From assembly GCA_043822925.1 (NCBI GenBank), contig JBDRBF010000060.1, positions 1-54,474 on the forward strand: DNA of 54,474 bases. The letters run 5' to 3'. Origin of the DNA: a bacterium. GTDB lineage: Bacteria > Babelota > Babeliae > Babelales > RVW-14. The position numbers and the translations under genes were made by a program. Below, piece by piece: positions 18,171 to 26,517 of the stretch. The notes beneath the pieces were generated by a model, which had not been told where the DNA came from, made no database searches, and worked only from the letters and a program-made list of their open reading frames with translations. The first letter of the stretch is position 1, and each line of letters starts with the position of its first letter.

Positions 18171-19231
18171 TTGAAGCTCGAGCGTTTGCTGGTATCGTTG
18201 GATACGGTGCGTATATACCGTACTATCGAATAAGTGTAGAAGAACTTGCCTATGCCAGGGGCGGCGACGTAAAAAGAATAATATCTTCGCTTGCGATTAA
18301 AGAAAAATCGGTTGCTGGTTCTGATGAAGATGCGGTAACAATGGGTGTTCAAGCGGCTAAAAATGCGCTTGCGCGTGCCGGGATTATGCCAAATTTAATT
18401 GGCGGTGTATACGTTGGGAGCGAGAGTCATCCTTATGTTGTGAAGCCATCGGCAACGCTTGTTGGGCAGGCTCTTAATATTGGGATGCAGTATTTTGCTG
18501 CTGATATGGAATTTGCCTGTAAAAGTGGTACAGCTGCTCTACAAGCATCTATGGCTCTTGTGCTTGCGGGTATGTGTGAATATAGTTTGGCGATTGGTAG
18601 TGATACTGCTCAAGCAGCGCCGCATGATATTTTGGAGTATACGGCATCTGCAGGAGCTGCAGCGTTTATTCTTGGTCGAAATCCAGCAGCGTGTGTTGCG
18701 TTGATTGAAAAAACAATATCTATTTCGACCGATACACCAGATTTTTGGCGAAGAAGTTCTCAGAAATATCCTGAGCATACAGGGCGCTTTACGGCTCAGC
18801 CTGCTTATTTTTATCATGTTGTAAGTGCTGCTCGCCAAATTTTTGAACAAAATTCTCTCAAAGCTTCAGACTTTGATTTTGTTGTTTTTCATCAACCAAA
18901 TGCTAAATTTCCTGTTGCAGTTGCAAAAGAGCTTGGTTTTACGCAGGATCAATATGGGCCTGGTTTGCTTGCTACAGAAATTGGCAATTCGTATTCAGCA
19001 AGTGTGCTTTTGGGTTTAACGAGAATTTTGGACCATGCAAAATCTGGTCAGCGGATTCTTGTTGTTAGTTATGGTAGTGGTAGTGGTTCTGATGCGTTTA
19101 TTATAAAAACAACAGAACGTATTACTCAGGTGCAACAAAAAGTACGTACGACTGGGGATTATATAAAACAAAAAAAAATGCTTACGTACACCGGATATGA
19201 AAAAATGATAACCGGATCTAAACATGAATAA
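18167..19231 (+). CDS. hydroxymethylglutaryl-CoA synthase, archaeal type
   Basis: GIVGYGAYIP.YRI, GSESHPY, EFACKSGT, DTPDFWRR, FHQPN, GNSYS, SYGSG.GSD; GTGA overlap with mvaA. Confidence 0.92.
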   Translation: MIEARAFAGIVGYGAYIPYYRISVEELAYARGGDVKRIISSLAIKEKSVAGSDEDAVTMGVQAAKNALARAGIMPNLIGGVYVGSESHPYVVKPSATLVGQALNIGMQYFAADMEFACKSGTAALQASMALVLAGMCEYSLAIGSDTAQAAPHDILEYTASAGAAAFILGRNPAACVALIEKTISISTDTPDFWRRSSQKYPEHTGRFTAQPAYFYHVVSAARQIFEQNSLKASDFDFVVFHQPNAKFPVAVAKELGFTQDQYGPGLLATEIGNSYSASVLLGLTRILDHAKSGQRILVVSYGSGSGSDAFIIKTTERITQVQQKVRTTGDYIKQKKMLTYTGYEKMITGSKHE

Positions 19232-20435
19232 AAAAAAGAATAAATTGGCTCCGGATCTGGTTCAAGGGTTTGGGATGGCAAATCAGGTAGTCGTTATTGG
19301 TACTGGTCATACGAAGTTTGGGGAATTGTGGGATAAAAGCATTCAAGATTTATTGTTTGAGTCTCAAAATGAAGCGCTTGAAAGTGCTGGAATTAGAGCT
19401 ACTGATGTTGACGAAATAGTTGTCGGTAATATGTCGAGTGAAGTTTTGTCAGGACAGTCTTTTTTGGGTGCAGTAGCAGCTGACGTTTTGGGCGTGAGTG
19501 TGCCAAGTTACCAGGTAAATGCGGCGTGTGCTTCTGGTGGTGTTGCCTTGCGTGCGGGCGTTATGGCTATAGAATCCGGCCGGGCGCAGGTTGTGCTTAT
19601 TAGTGGTGTTGAAAAAATGACCGATATCCAATCTGACCGTGTGTCTGCTGCGATGATGAGTGCTGGCCATGCTGAAACTGAAGCATTTGTTGGTGCGACT
19701 ATACCGGGGTTATTTGCATTAATTACTCGTGCTTACATGAATAAGTTTGATATTACAAGGCGCGATTTGGCTCAGGTGAGTGTGAAAAATCATGCGCACG
19801 GTTTGTTAAATACTCTGGCCCATTTACGTAAAAAAATTTCGATAGAAGATGTTCTTGATTCACCAATTATAGCTGACCCATTAACGTTGCTTGATTGTTC
19901 TCCAATTAGTGACGGAGCGGCTAGTCTTGTTTTGTGTTCTTTGGAATATGCTCAAAAGTTAGGTAAGCCATATGTGTCTGTTCTTGCTTCGGCAATGGCA
20001 ACAGATTGTTTGAGTTTAGCTGGGCGTAGTGATATTACGACGTTTAAAGCGACAGTGCAGGCTGCGCAAGTTGCATATAAAATGGCGGGAATCACCGTAA
20101 AAGATATAGATGTTTTAGAAGTACACGATGCTTTTAGTTCTGCTGAGTTTATGGCGCTCGAAGATCTTGGTTTTTTTGCACCGGGCACAGCTGCGCAAGC
20201 AACTATAGCAGGAGTTACTTCTTTTACGGGTAAGCTGTCGGTTAATATATCGGGAGGGCTGAAAGCAAAAGGGCACCCCGTAGGAGCAACAGGTGTCGCG
20301 CAAGCTGTTGAAATTGTTCGTCAGCTATTTGGTCAGTGCGGTCAACGCCAAGTGCCAGGGGCTAAATTGGGGCTTACTCATAATGTTGGTGGCCTTGGGA
20401 CAACCGTTGTCGTGCACATATTTAAAAAGAGTTAA
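19224..20435 (+). CDS. acetyl-CoA acetyltransferase (thiolase), archaeal/SCP2 type
   Basis: TKFGELW, AACASGG, GVEKM, EVHDAF, GHPVGATG, HNVGG; alternative start at ATG 19275. Confidence 0.92.
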   Translation: MNKKKNKLAPDLVQGFGMANQVVVIGTGHTKFGELWDKSIQDLLFESQNEALESAGIRATDVDEIVVGNMSSEVLSGQSFLGAVAADVLGVSVPSYQVNAACASGGVALRAGVMAIESGRAQVVLISGVEKMTDIQSDRVSAAMMSAGHAETEAFVGATIPGLFALITRAYMNKFDITRRDLAQVSVKNHAHGLLNTLAHLRKKISIEDVLDSPIIADPLTLLDCSPISDGAASLVLCSLEYAQKLGKPYVSVLASAMATDCLSLAGRSDITTFKATVQAAQVAYKMAGITVKDIDVLEVHDAFSSAEFMALEDLGFFAPGTAAQATIAGVTSFTGKLSVNISGGLKAKGHPVGATGVAQAVEIVRQLFGQCGQRQVPGAKLGLTHNVGGLGTTVVVHIFKKS

Positions 20436-20438
20436 AAT

Positions 20439-20837
20439 ATGACAAGCCCAATATCTATTTGGCGTAATAGAGAACATCGCTTTCAGTTGTATGGTGTTAT
20501 GTGCCAGTCTTGTAGCGCAAAATATTATCCCAAAAAATATGTATGTTTGTGTGGCGAGAAAAAATTTCAAAAATTTCAATTTTCAGGTAAAGCTTGCTTG
20601 GTTTCTTATACTCAAATAACAGCTATGCCGGCTTCGTTTAAGCATGATAGTGTGTATTGTATTGGTTTAGTTGAGCTTGAAGAAGGGCCGCGCATACTTG
20701 CTCAAATAACAAGTGTACAGCTTTCTGATTTGTTTATTGGGCAGGAGCTATGCGCTGTTTTAAGAAAATATTCTGCCGATGGAGAAAAAGGTATAATTTC
20801 GTACGGGGTTAAATTTATTCCGAAAGAAATGTTGTGA
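20439..20837 (+). CDS. DUF35 Zn-ribbon/OB-fold protein (thiolase-HMGCS partner)
   Basis: CQSC..YYP...CLC Zn ribbon, IGLVELEEG, YG.KF.P; directly after the thiolase. Confidence 0.9.
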   Translation: MTSPISIWRNREHRFQLYGVMCQSCSAKYYPKKYVCLCGEKKFQKFQFSGKACLVSYTQITAMPASFKHDSVYCIGLVELEEGPRILAQITSVQLSDLFIGQELCAVLRKYSADGEKGIISYGVKFIPKEML

Positions 20838-21766
20838 ATACAGGATATGGTTTTGGCAAAACAATACTTTTTGGTGAACATTTTGTAGTATACGGTCTAC
20901 CAGCACTGGCAGCAGCGCTTGATGTGAGTACGACGGCAACTATTACTGCTCTTGATTGTGAGCAGTCATGTTTGATTGATAATAGGCCCAAGGTTCCATA
21001 TTTTGTGCCAAGCAAGTATGAGCAATATAACAATATGTTACATCGTATTTTGGTGTACATGGGTATTTTTAAGAATATAGAAATTACGTTGGCTGGAAAT
21101 CTTATTGTAATGTCCGGTGGTATTGGCGCGAGTGCTGCTGCTGCAGTAGCGATTGCGCGGGTAATAAATAATTATTTTAATTTACGTTGGAGTGATGAGC
21201 AAATTAATCAGGCGGCTCATATTGGCGAAGGCGCAATTCACGGAAATCCAAGTGGCGTTGATAACACAGCGGCTCTTTTTGGTGGGGTGTTTTTGTATCG
21301 GCGCGAGCTAGAAACAACTTTATTTACTCGTCAAAATATTAAAGTCTCGGGCCCCGTAAATATTGTTTTAGCTGATAGTGGACGTGTGAGCGATACAAGC
21401 AAAGCAGTTGCAGATGTTGCAAAGTTAAAAGAAGAAAAACCTGAATTTGTTCAAGAAGTTTTTACGCGTTATACGCAATTAATTATTGATGTACAAGAAG
21501 CTATAAAACATAAAAGCTTGATAGAGCTTGGTAAACTTATGAATCAAAACCAAGAACTGCTCGTTTTACTGGGGCTTTCGTGTCCTGAGCTTGATCGTAT
21601 GATCGTTATTGCACGAGAAGCAGGAGCTTTGGGTGCCAAGCTTACGGGCTCTGGCCAAGGGGGCCTTATGGTTGCGCTAACGCCGGAAAAAGAAGTACAA
21701 AAAAAAGTCTCAAGTGCTTTGCGTAAAGCCGGCTATGTGACGATTAATACCAGTATTGGTGGATAA
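20834..21766 (+). CDS. mvk: mevalonate kinase
   Basis: GKTILFGEHFVVYG, GIGASAA, HGNPSGVDN, GAKLTGSGQGG GHMP motifs. Confidence 0.92.
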   Translation: MNTGYGFGKTILFGEHFVVYGLPALAAALDVSTTATITALDCEQSCLIDNRPKVPYFVPSKYEQYNNMLHRILVYMGIFKNIEITLAGNLIVMSGGIGASAAAAVAIARVINNYFNLRWSDEQINQAAHIGEGAIHGNPSGVDNTAALFGGVFLYRRELETTLFTRQNIKVSGPVNIVLADSGRVSDTSKAVADVAKLKEEKPEFVQEVFTRYTQLIIDVQEAIKHKSLIELGKLMNQNQELLVLLGLSCPELDRMIVIAREAGALGAKLTGSGQGGLMVALTPEKEVQKKVSSALRKAGYVTINTSIGG

Positions 21767-21939
21767 ATCTAACGTTATCGCCTGGGCCTGCGCTGGTCTA
21801 GCTGCACAGTTTTGTATTTTTAGTCTCGTCAATATGCCGTATGTACCATCGTATATACATTGTTGTATGTATATGATATGTTGGAATATGTGTTTGTGCG
21901 TCTGTCGTACTGAGCTGTTTTATTTTCGGAGGGTTTTTT

Positions 21940-22191
21940 ATGATTAAGAAATTAGTTAAACATGGCAACAGTAGTGCACTTGTGATCGATAAGCCAATTT
22001 TAGATATTCTGAATATTAATGAAAAAACTGAACTAGAAGTTACGACTGATGGGCTAACGCTTACTATTAGGCCAATTGTTAAGGGAAAGAAAAGCGTTAA
22101 AAAAATAAGTGCTGATAAAGAGATTCAAAAGTCTTTTGAAAAAATTGTTAGCAAGTATGATGTAGCTCTTAGAAAATTAGCAAAGAATTGA
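21940..22191 (+). CDS. AbrB/MazE/SpoVT-family antitoxin
   Basis: KKLVKHGNSSALVIDK..L..L.I...T.LE swapped-hairpin pattern; GGAGG RBS; directly upstream of doc. Confidence 0.85.
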   Translation: MIKKLVKHGNSSALVIDKPILDILNINEKTELEVTTDGLTLTIRPIVKGKKSVKKISADKEIQKSFEKIVSKYDVALRKLAKN

Positions 22192-22196
22192 ACGTG

Positions 22197-22589
22197 ATGA
22201 AATTAGCCTGTTTTTTGTCTGTGGACGAAGTTGTTCGAATTCATGATAGCATGATCGATAAATTCGGAGGCGCCTCAGGAATAAGGGAGCAAGGGCTTTT
22301 GGAGTCTGCCATTTTTCAGGCACAAGTTGCATTTGGTGGTGATTTTGTATGCCAAGATGTTTATGAGATGGCGGCTGCATATCTTTATCATATCGTTAAA
22401 AACCATCCATTTATTGATGGAAACAAGAGAACAGGGATTGTTGTAGCTACGTCATTTTTAGACTGCCAAGGGTATGAGATAGATTTATCCCAGGACGAGT
22501 TCTATAAGCTTGCGCTTGATGTAGCGAATTCAAAAAAAGATAAGCCAGCGATTGCGCGCTTATTGAAGAAAAAGATCATTGAAAATTAA
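22197..22589 (+). CDS. doc: death-on-curing (Doc/Fic) toxin
   Basis: G.R..GLLESA, NHPFIDGNKRT motif. Confidence 0.9.
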   Translation: MKLACFLSVDEVVRIHDSMIDKFGGASGIREQGLLESAIFQAQVAFGGDFVCQDVYEMAAAYLYHIVKNHPFIDGNKRTGIVVATSFLDCQGYEIDLSQDEFYKLALDVANSKKDKPAIARLLKKKIIEN

Positions 22590-22619
22590 ATTTCTTATTT
22601 AAAAAAATAATTATTTATT

Positions 22620-23726
22620 CTATTTCAGTATCGAAATTTCAATGGGATAGAGTTCGTTGTCTTCCCAACACTTTTTTATATTTGATGCTGTTTGCTCATC
22701 AAAACAAATTGCTATACCACAATCTCCACCACCAGCTCCAGAGAGCTTTGCAGCAGCATTATAGCGCTGTGCGCATTCGATTAATAAAGCCATTTCAGGC
22801 GTTTCTAGGTTGCTGACACTTGCATGCGCGAGTTCGCGTAACGCGTGTGTATTTTTTTTGATTAAATCTAAAATTAAATTATTATTTTTATTTTTTAGTG
22901 CCATAAATAACTGTGTTACGATATTTTGTATGTTTTGGCATAAGTTTTTGTGATTTTCTGGGTTTTGAGTTTTAAATTTTTTCATGTGTTTAATAAGCTC
23001 TGGTGTTGAAGCCGAATATCCAACAAAGCAGGCTTGTAAGATGAAATTTTCTGGGAGTTCAAAAGTTTGTGCGCAAAATTCTGGCCATATTTTGTGGGCA
23101 AGCGTACTGATTGTATTGCTTGGATTTGCATGCTCTTGCATAAGCCAGTAAGTGTCAAAACGCTTATAATATAGTGGCTTTTGATATACTGACGTAGCTA
23201 TATCGTAGCCGCTATAAATATTTTCTTGTATTCGGTAGTGAGCCAAATAGCTTAATTTAAATAATATCTCTTTTGCTTCTTGAGATTCTGTATTTTGCTT
23301 GTGAAATTGTAGAATAGCTTTAATTAAGGCAACAGTTACCGCTGCGCTTGACCCGAGCCCAAGTTTGCGTTTTGCGCAGGTGAAAAGCATTTCTTGAGAA
23401 TTTATATGTATAGAAAATTTCTGAATGGGAATATTTTGTTCTTTGAGATATAAAAGAACAGTTTCTATTGTTTTTTGCGTTAAATTAAATTGTGCGGGAG
23501 TTTGTTCTGTTTGTGAGGTTATTTGTGTTCCATCAAAATATAAATTAATAGAATTTATGCCTATATCAGGGGCGCATACGTGAATAGTTTGAGCTTCTGT
23601 GCTTGTGATGGTTACGTAAACAAATTTGTTGATGGGAAGCGTTATGCAGCTATTGTGTGGTTCAAGAATTCCCCATTCACCAGAAAGCATAAGTTTGCCT
23701 GGAGCTTTTACGTGTATGTTATTCAT
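22620..23726 (-). CDS. mvaK2: phosphomevalonate kinase (Gram-positive/ERG8-like)
   Basis: KAPGKL.L.GE, KLGLGSSAAVTV, SG.DIA, KLSGAGGGDCGI; start at ATG 23726 just after the mvaD stop. Confidence 0.88.
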   Translation of the reverse strand: MNNIHVKAPGKLMLSGEWGILEPHNSCITLPINKFVYVTITSTEAQTIHVCAPDIGINSINLYFDGTQITSQTEQTPAQFNLTQKTIETVLLYLKEQNIPIQKFSIHINSQEMLFTCAKRKLGLGSSAAVTVALIKAILQFHKQNTESQEAKEILFKLSYLAHYRIQENIYSGYDIATSVYQKPLYYKRFDTYWLMQEHANPSNTISTLAHKIWPEFCAQTFELPENFILQACFVGYSASTPELIKHMKKFKTQNPENHKNLCQNIQNIVTQLFMALKNKNNNLILDLIKKNTHALRELAHASVSNLETPEMALLIECAQRYNAAAKLSGAGGGDCGIAICFDEQTASNIKKCWEDNELYPIEISILK

Positions 23727-23731
23727 GTTTG

Positions 23732-24730
23732 TTATTTGTGGGTTTCGATAATTGTTGGTTCTTGTGCAATTGAACATTCGATAATATTTATGACAGATTT
23801 AAGCTCTTTTAAGTGGGAGACAACTATTTGCGTGTCTTGCTCAAGGCATATGATTTTTACATTTGGGCCGGCATCAGTTGTGAAGTATGTGTGAAGATTT
23901 TCTTTTTCGCGTAAGTTTTTGACTATATCGATTATGTCGTGAGTTGCCTGAAGGCGATAGTCGATTTTTGGGTTTGTTGTAAGCATGGTGCTGAGCATTC
24001 CATACCAGTCAGATTCAATTAATTCGCCGACTTGTACGATATCTTTATTTTTTATTGCGTGAATAATTTGTTTTATTCTTTGTTCAGATTCTGTAATCCA
24101 ATGATTGTAAAGGGGGCTTGTTTGTGCGGTTAATTGCATGCCAGCGCGTGAACTTATCGGTTTTTTGCCTGTATCAACGATTGCAATAATAACGCGAAAT
24201 TCAGGCCAATAATCTGGTGGGAATATTTGTTTGGCATAAGAATCAGAGCCATCTGGTTTTTCGCCTTTGTTCCATAAAGTAAATCCACCATAAATAGAGC
24301 GACATGCTGAGCCAGAACCGTGACGGGCTAAGATCGATAGTTTTTGTTTATTTAAATTTAGGCTGCATAACGTATTAAGTCCCATTGCAATCGCCGCAAA
24401 GCCACTGGCGCTGCTGGCCAGCCCAGCTTGTGTTGGGAAGCTATTATGGGTATTAATTGTAAAATAATTGTTTAGGGCAAATTTTTTACGAAAGAAGTTT
24501 AGATAATCGAGAATTGGCTGGACAGATGCTTGTTCTTCGTTGTTCCAAAGCCAGCTTATATTTATTTCGTCTTTTCCTGAATTATTAATATGTATAGATG
24601 TGACGGTTTCCAGTGGGGACAAAGAGACAGAAAAGCTGCTTTTAGCAGGCAACATGAGTTGTTCATCTCGTTTGCCCCAATATTTGATAAGGGCGATATT
24701 TGGATGAGTATGAACTGTTACTGTGCGCAT
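23732..24730 (-). CDS. mvaD: diphosphomevalonate decarboxylase
   Basis: NIALIKYWGK, AGLASSASG, GSGSACRS, SSR.GM, TDAGPNV motifs. Confidence 0.94.
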   Translation of the reverse strand: MRTVTVHTHPNIALIKYWGKRDEQLMLPAKSSFSVSLSPLETVTSIHINNSGKDEINISWLWNNEEQASVQPILDYLNFFRKKFALNNYFTINTHNSFPTQAGLASSASGFAAIAMGLNTLCSLNLNKQKLSILARHGSGSACRSIYGGFTLWNKGEKPDGSDSYAKQIFPPDYWPEFRVIIAIVDTGKKPISSRAGMQLTAQTSPLYNHWITESEQRIKQIIHAIKNKDIVQVGELIESDWYGMLSTMLTTNPKIDYRLQATHDIIDIVKNLREKENLHTYFTTDAGPNVKIICLEQDTQIVVSHLKELKSVINIIECSIAQEPTIIETHK

Positions 24731-24783
24731 GAGAGCCGTTTCTTTGTTATATTTACCGTTAAATGTTCTGGTTTTTAATTTAA

Positions 24784-24809
24784 GAGAGGGCTTGTCTAAA
24801 GCCCTCTTC
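24784..24809. terminator. hairpin terminator
   Basis: GAGGGCTT-GTCTA-AAGCCCTC between the 24837 ORF end and mvaD. Confidence 0.55.
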
Positions 24810-24977
24810 TTGTGTTCAATTAACTTGTAGAGTATATCAAAAGCTCTCGATTTGTGAATAAGGGCCGGTTATTCCTGGTTTTCGCTTTTCTTCCTGTTCT
24901 TTTGTTCCTTCTTTTATTATCTGTATGAGCCGCTTGGGTTTTGGGTATTCTCCATATTTTCTTTGCATTTCGTTTTC

Positions 24978-25010
24978 GTATTGTTGCGTGTATTGTTGCG
25001 TGTATTGTTG
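24978..25010. repeat. 12-bp tandem repeat (QQYT x ~2.75)
   Basis: GTATTGTTGCGT GTATTGTTGCGT GTATTGTTG. Confidence 0.85.
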
Positions 25011-25440
25011 GGGTTGATTTTTTTGTTGATTTAATGCTTCTTTAAATACGTTAAATAGATTTTCTATGTGTTCCATTTGTTCATATAGTTTCATACAGAG
25101 TTTTGCGCGATAACTATCTGTTTTTGTTCTTTTTATGATTTTATATAGATCAGTGAGTTTGAGGCGGGCTGTTTTTATTGCTTCTTTGAGAAACATTGTA
25201 AGGTCAAGATTAGGTGAATTGCGATTTTCTTGTTCGGCCACGTCTTTTTTTAGGTTTTCTGGCATTGGTTCAAATTCTTGTAAGCTTATTAAAGATTTTA
25301 TTAGGATATCGATTTTGGTGGTTAATTCATTTTTTGTTTTTTTTTTCTATATTATTTTTTGTTTGTATTGTTTTTAATATTTCTGATAAGTTACAAAGGT
25401 AGGGTAGGTGGTCTTTATAGATTTGTTTTGCTGATTCTTT

Positions 25441-25528
25441 AAAAACACTCCCGTTGTCTGAATTAGATTGAGTCCATATATTTTCTGTAAAAACACTCCC
25501 GTTGTCTGAATTACATTGAGCCCATATA
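25441..25528. repeat. 48-bp-period tandem duplication (IW.Q.NSDNGSVF)
   Basis: AAAAACACTCCCGTTGTCTGAATTA.ATTGAG.CCATATA at 25441 and 25489. Confidence 0.9.
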
Positions 25529-25661
25529 TCGTTTTTTTCCCCACAATTGTTCATTGCTCCATAAGAATTTTCAGTGCCGATTGCCAATAAGTTAAGGGCA
25601 ATAAATAGTGATAATAATAGTTTTTTCATGATTTTAACTTTCTTTTTGTTAGGTAAGTTTT

Positions 25662-26474
25662 TTAGCTGAGAGAGAGCTTTTTAAGTTTTTTTATCAATTT
25701 TTCGATTTCGCTTGTTATTTCCCGATCTTGTTGTTTAAGATAGTTTATTTTTTTATATTCTTGTTCTAGTTTTCTTTCTAGTTCTCGTGTTTTTGTATTT
25801 ATATCGTAAGTATCTTTTTTGTTGTTAGATTCTTCTTCTTCGCTTTCATCATCATTATCTTCTTCTTCTTCTTCTTCTCCTTCTTCTTCTGATAATAGAG
25901 TGTCCAAGAATGCTTGCGCGCAGCTTACGATCGTTTTTTCGATAGTAATTATGATGATTGGGGTTATTTGTTTTGCTTCAATGTAGTTGAGCCCCCTGTA
26001 AAAGCGTTCTATTGCTTCCTGAAAAGTTTCGGTCAGAATATCATATACTTCGTATTGTTGTATTTCGTATTTTTGTTTTACCTGGGGTATGAATGTTGGG
26101 GCGATGTCGTTAATTAGTGCATCTGAAAGTGATTTGATATTGATCTGGCCTTTATTTTCAGACATGTTTTTTATTAAAGCTTTTACTATGGATTCTTTTG
26201 TTTCTTTCCCAAAACCAAGCTCGTGAATGCTGTTTCTGTGATCCTCTAAGGTTTTTGTGTCGAATTCGTTTTGTGCTTCTTTGAACCATGTTGCTTTTAA
26301 TTTGTCTTCACAGGAGGCAATTTCACGTTCTAGCAAAATTAAAACTTTTTTTTGGATATCGGTTTCTTCTATTTTTTGTTGGCTATTGTTTTTTTTGTTT
26401 TTTTTCTTCATGCAAAAGACGTCAGGTGACAAGAGTGCGCTTAACAGGACTAAATAGGCTAATAACTTTTTCAT
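25662..26474 (-). CDS. orphan secreted protein (MKKLLAYLVLLS family) with acidic tract and coiled coil
   Basis: Signal peptide ..SPDVFC-MKKKNKK; poly-E/D tract. Confidence 0.8.
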   Translation of the reverse strand: MKKLLAYLVLLSALLSPDVFCMKKKNKKNNSQQKIEETDIQKKVLILLEREIASCEDKLKATWFKEAQNEFDTKTLEDHRNSIHELGFGKETKESIVKALIKNMSENKGQINIKSLSDALINDIAPTFIPQVKQKYEIQQYEVYDILTETFQEAIERFYRGLNYIEAKQITPIIIITIEKTIVSCAQAFLDTLLSEEEGEEEEEEDNDDESEEEESNNKKDTYDINTKTRELERKLEQEYKKINYLKQQDREITSEIEKLIKKLKKLSLS

Positions 26475-26517
26475 AATAGAACCCTTTATCGTTTAATGAT
26501 TTTAGAGCGATGATAGA

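Larger units (their letters stand above)
24837..25629 (-). pseudogene. secreted orphan gene split by a 1-nt shift in an A10 tract (ORFs 25327-25629 and 24837-25265)
   Basis: The downstream frame is open back to the A10 tract at 25337-25346; A9 would give a single 263-aa ORF with a signal peptide. Confidence 0.65.

Noticed and set aside
19246-19281. TGGCTCCGGATC...TTGGGATGGCAA in the thiolase 5' region, resembling a reversed GTCATCCCAG repeat
   Set aside because: Similarity too weak to call by eye.
21756-21947. 63-aa ORF and an imperfect inverted repeat (~21848-21877) upstream of the antitoxin
   Set aside because: The ORF looks like translated intergenic DNA; the repeat may be the TA operator but has too many mismatches to support.
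25441-25528. Direct repeats as a possible CRISPR array
   Set aside because: Only two copies, in-frame 48-bp period inside a coding region, no spacers and no cas genes.
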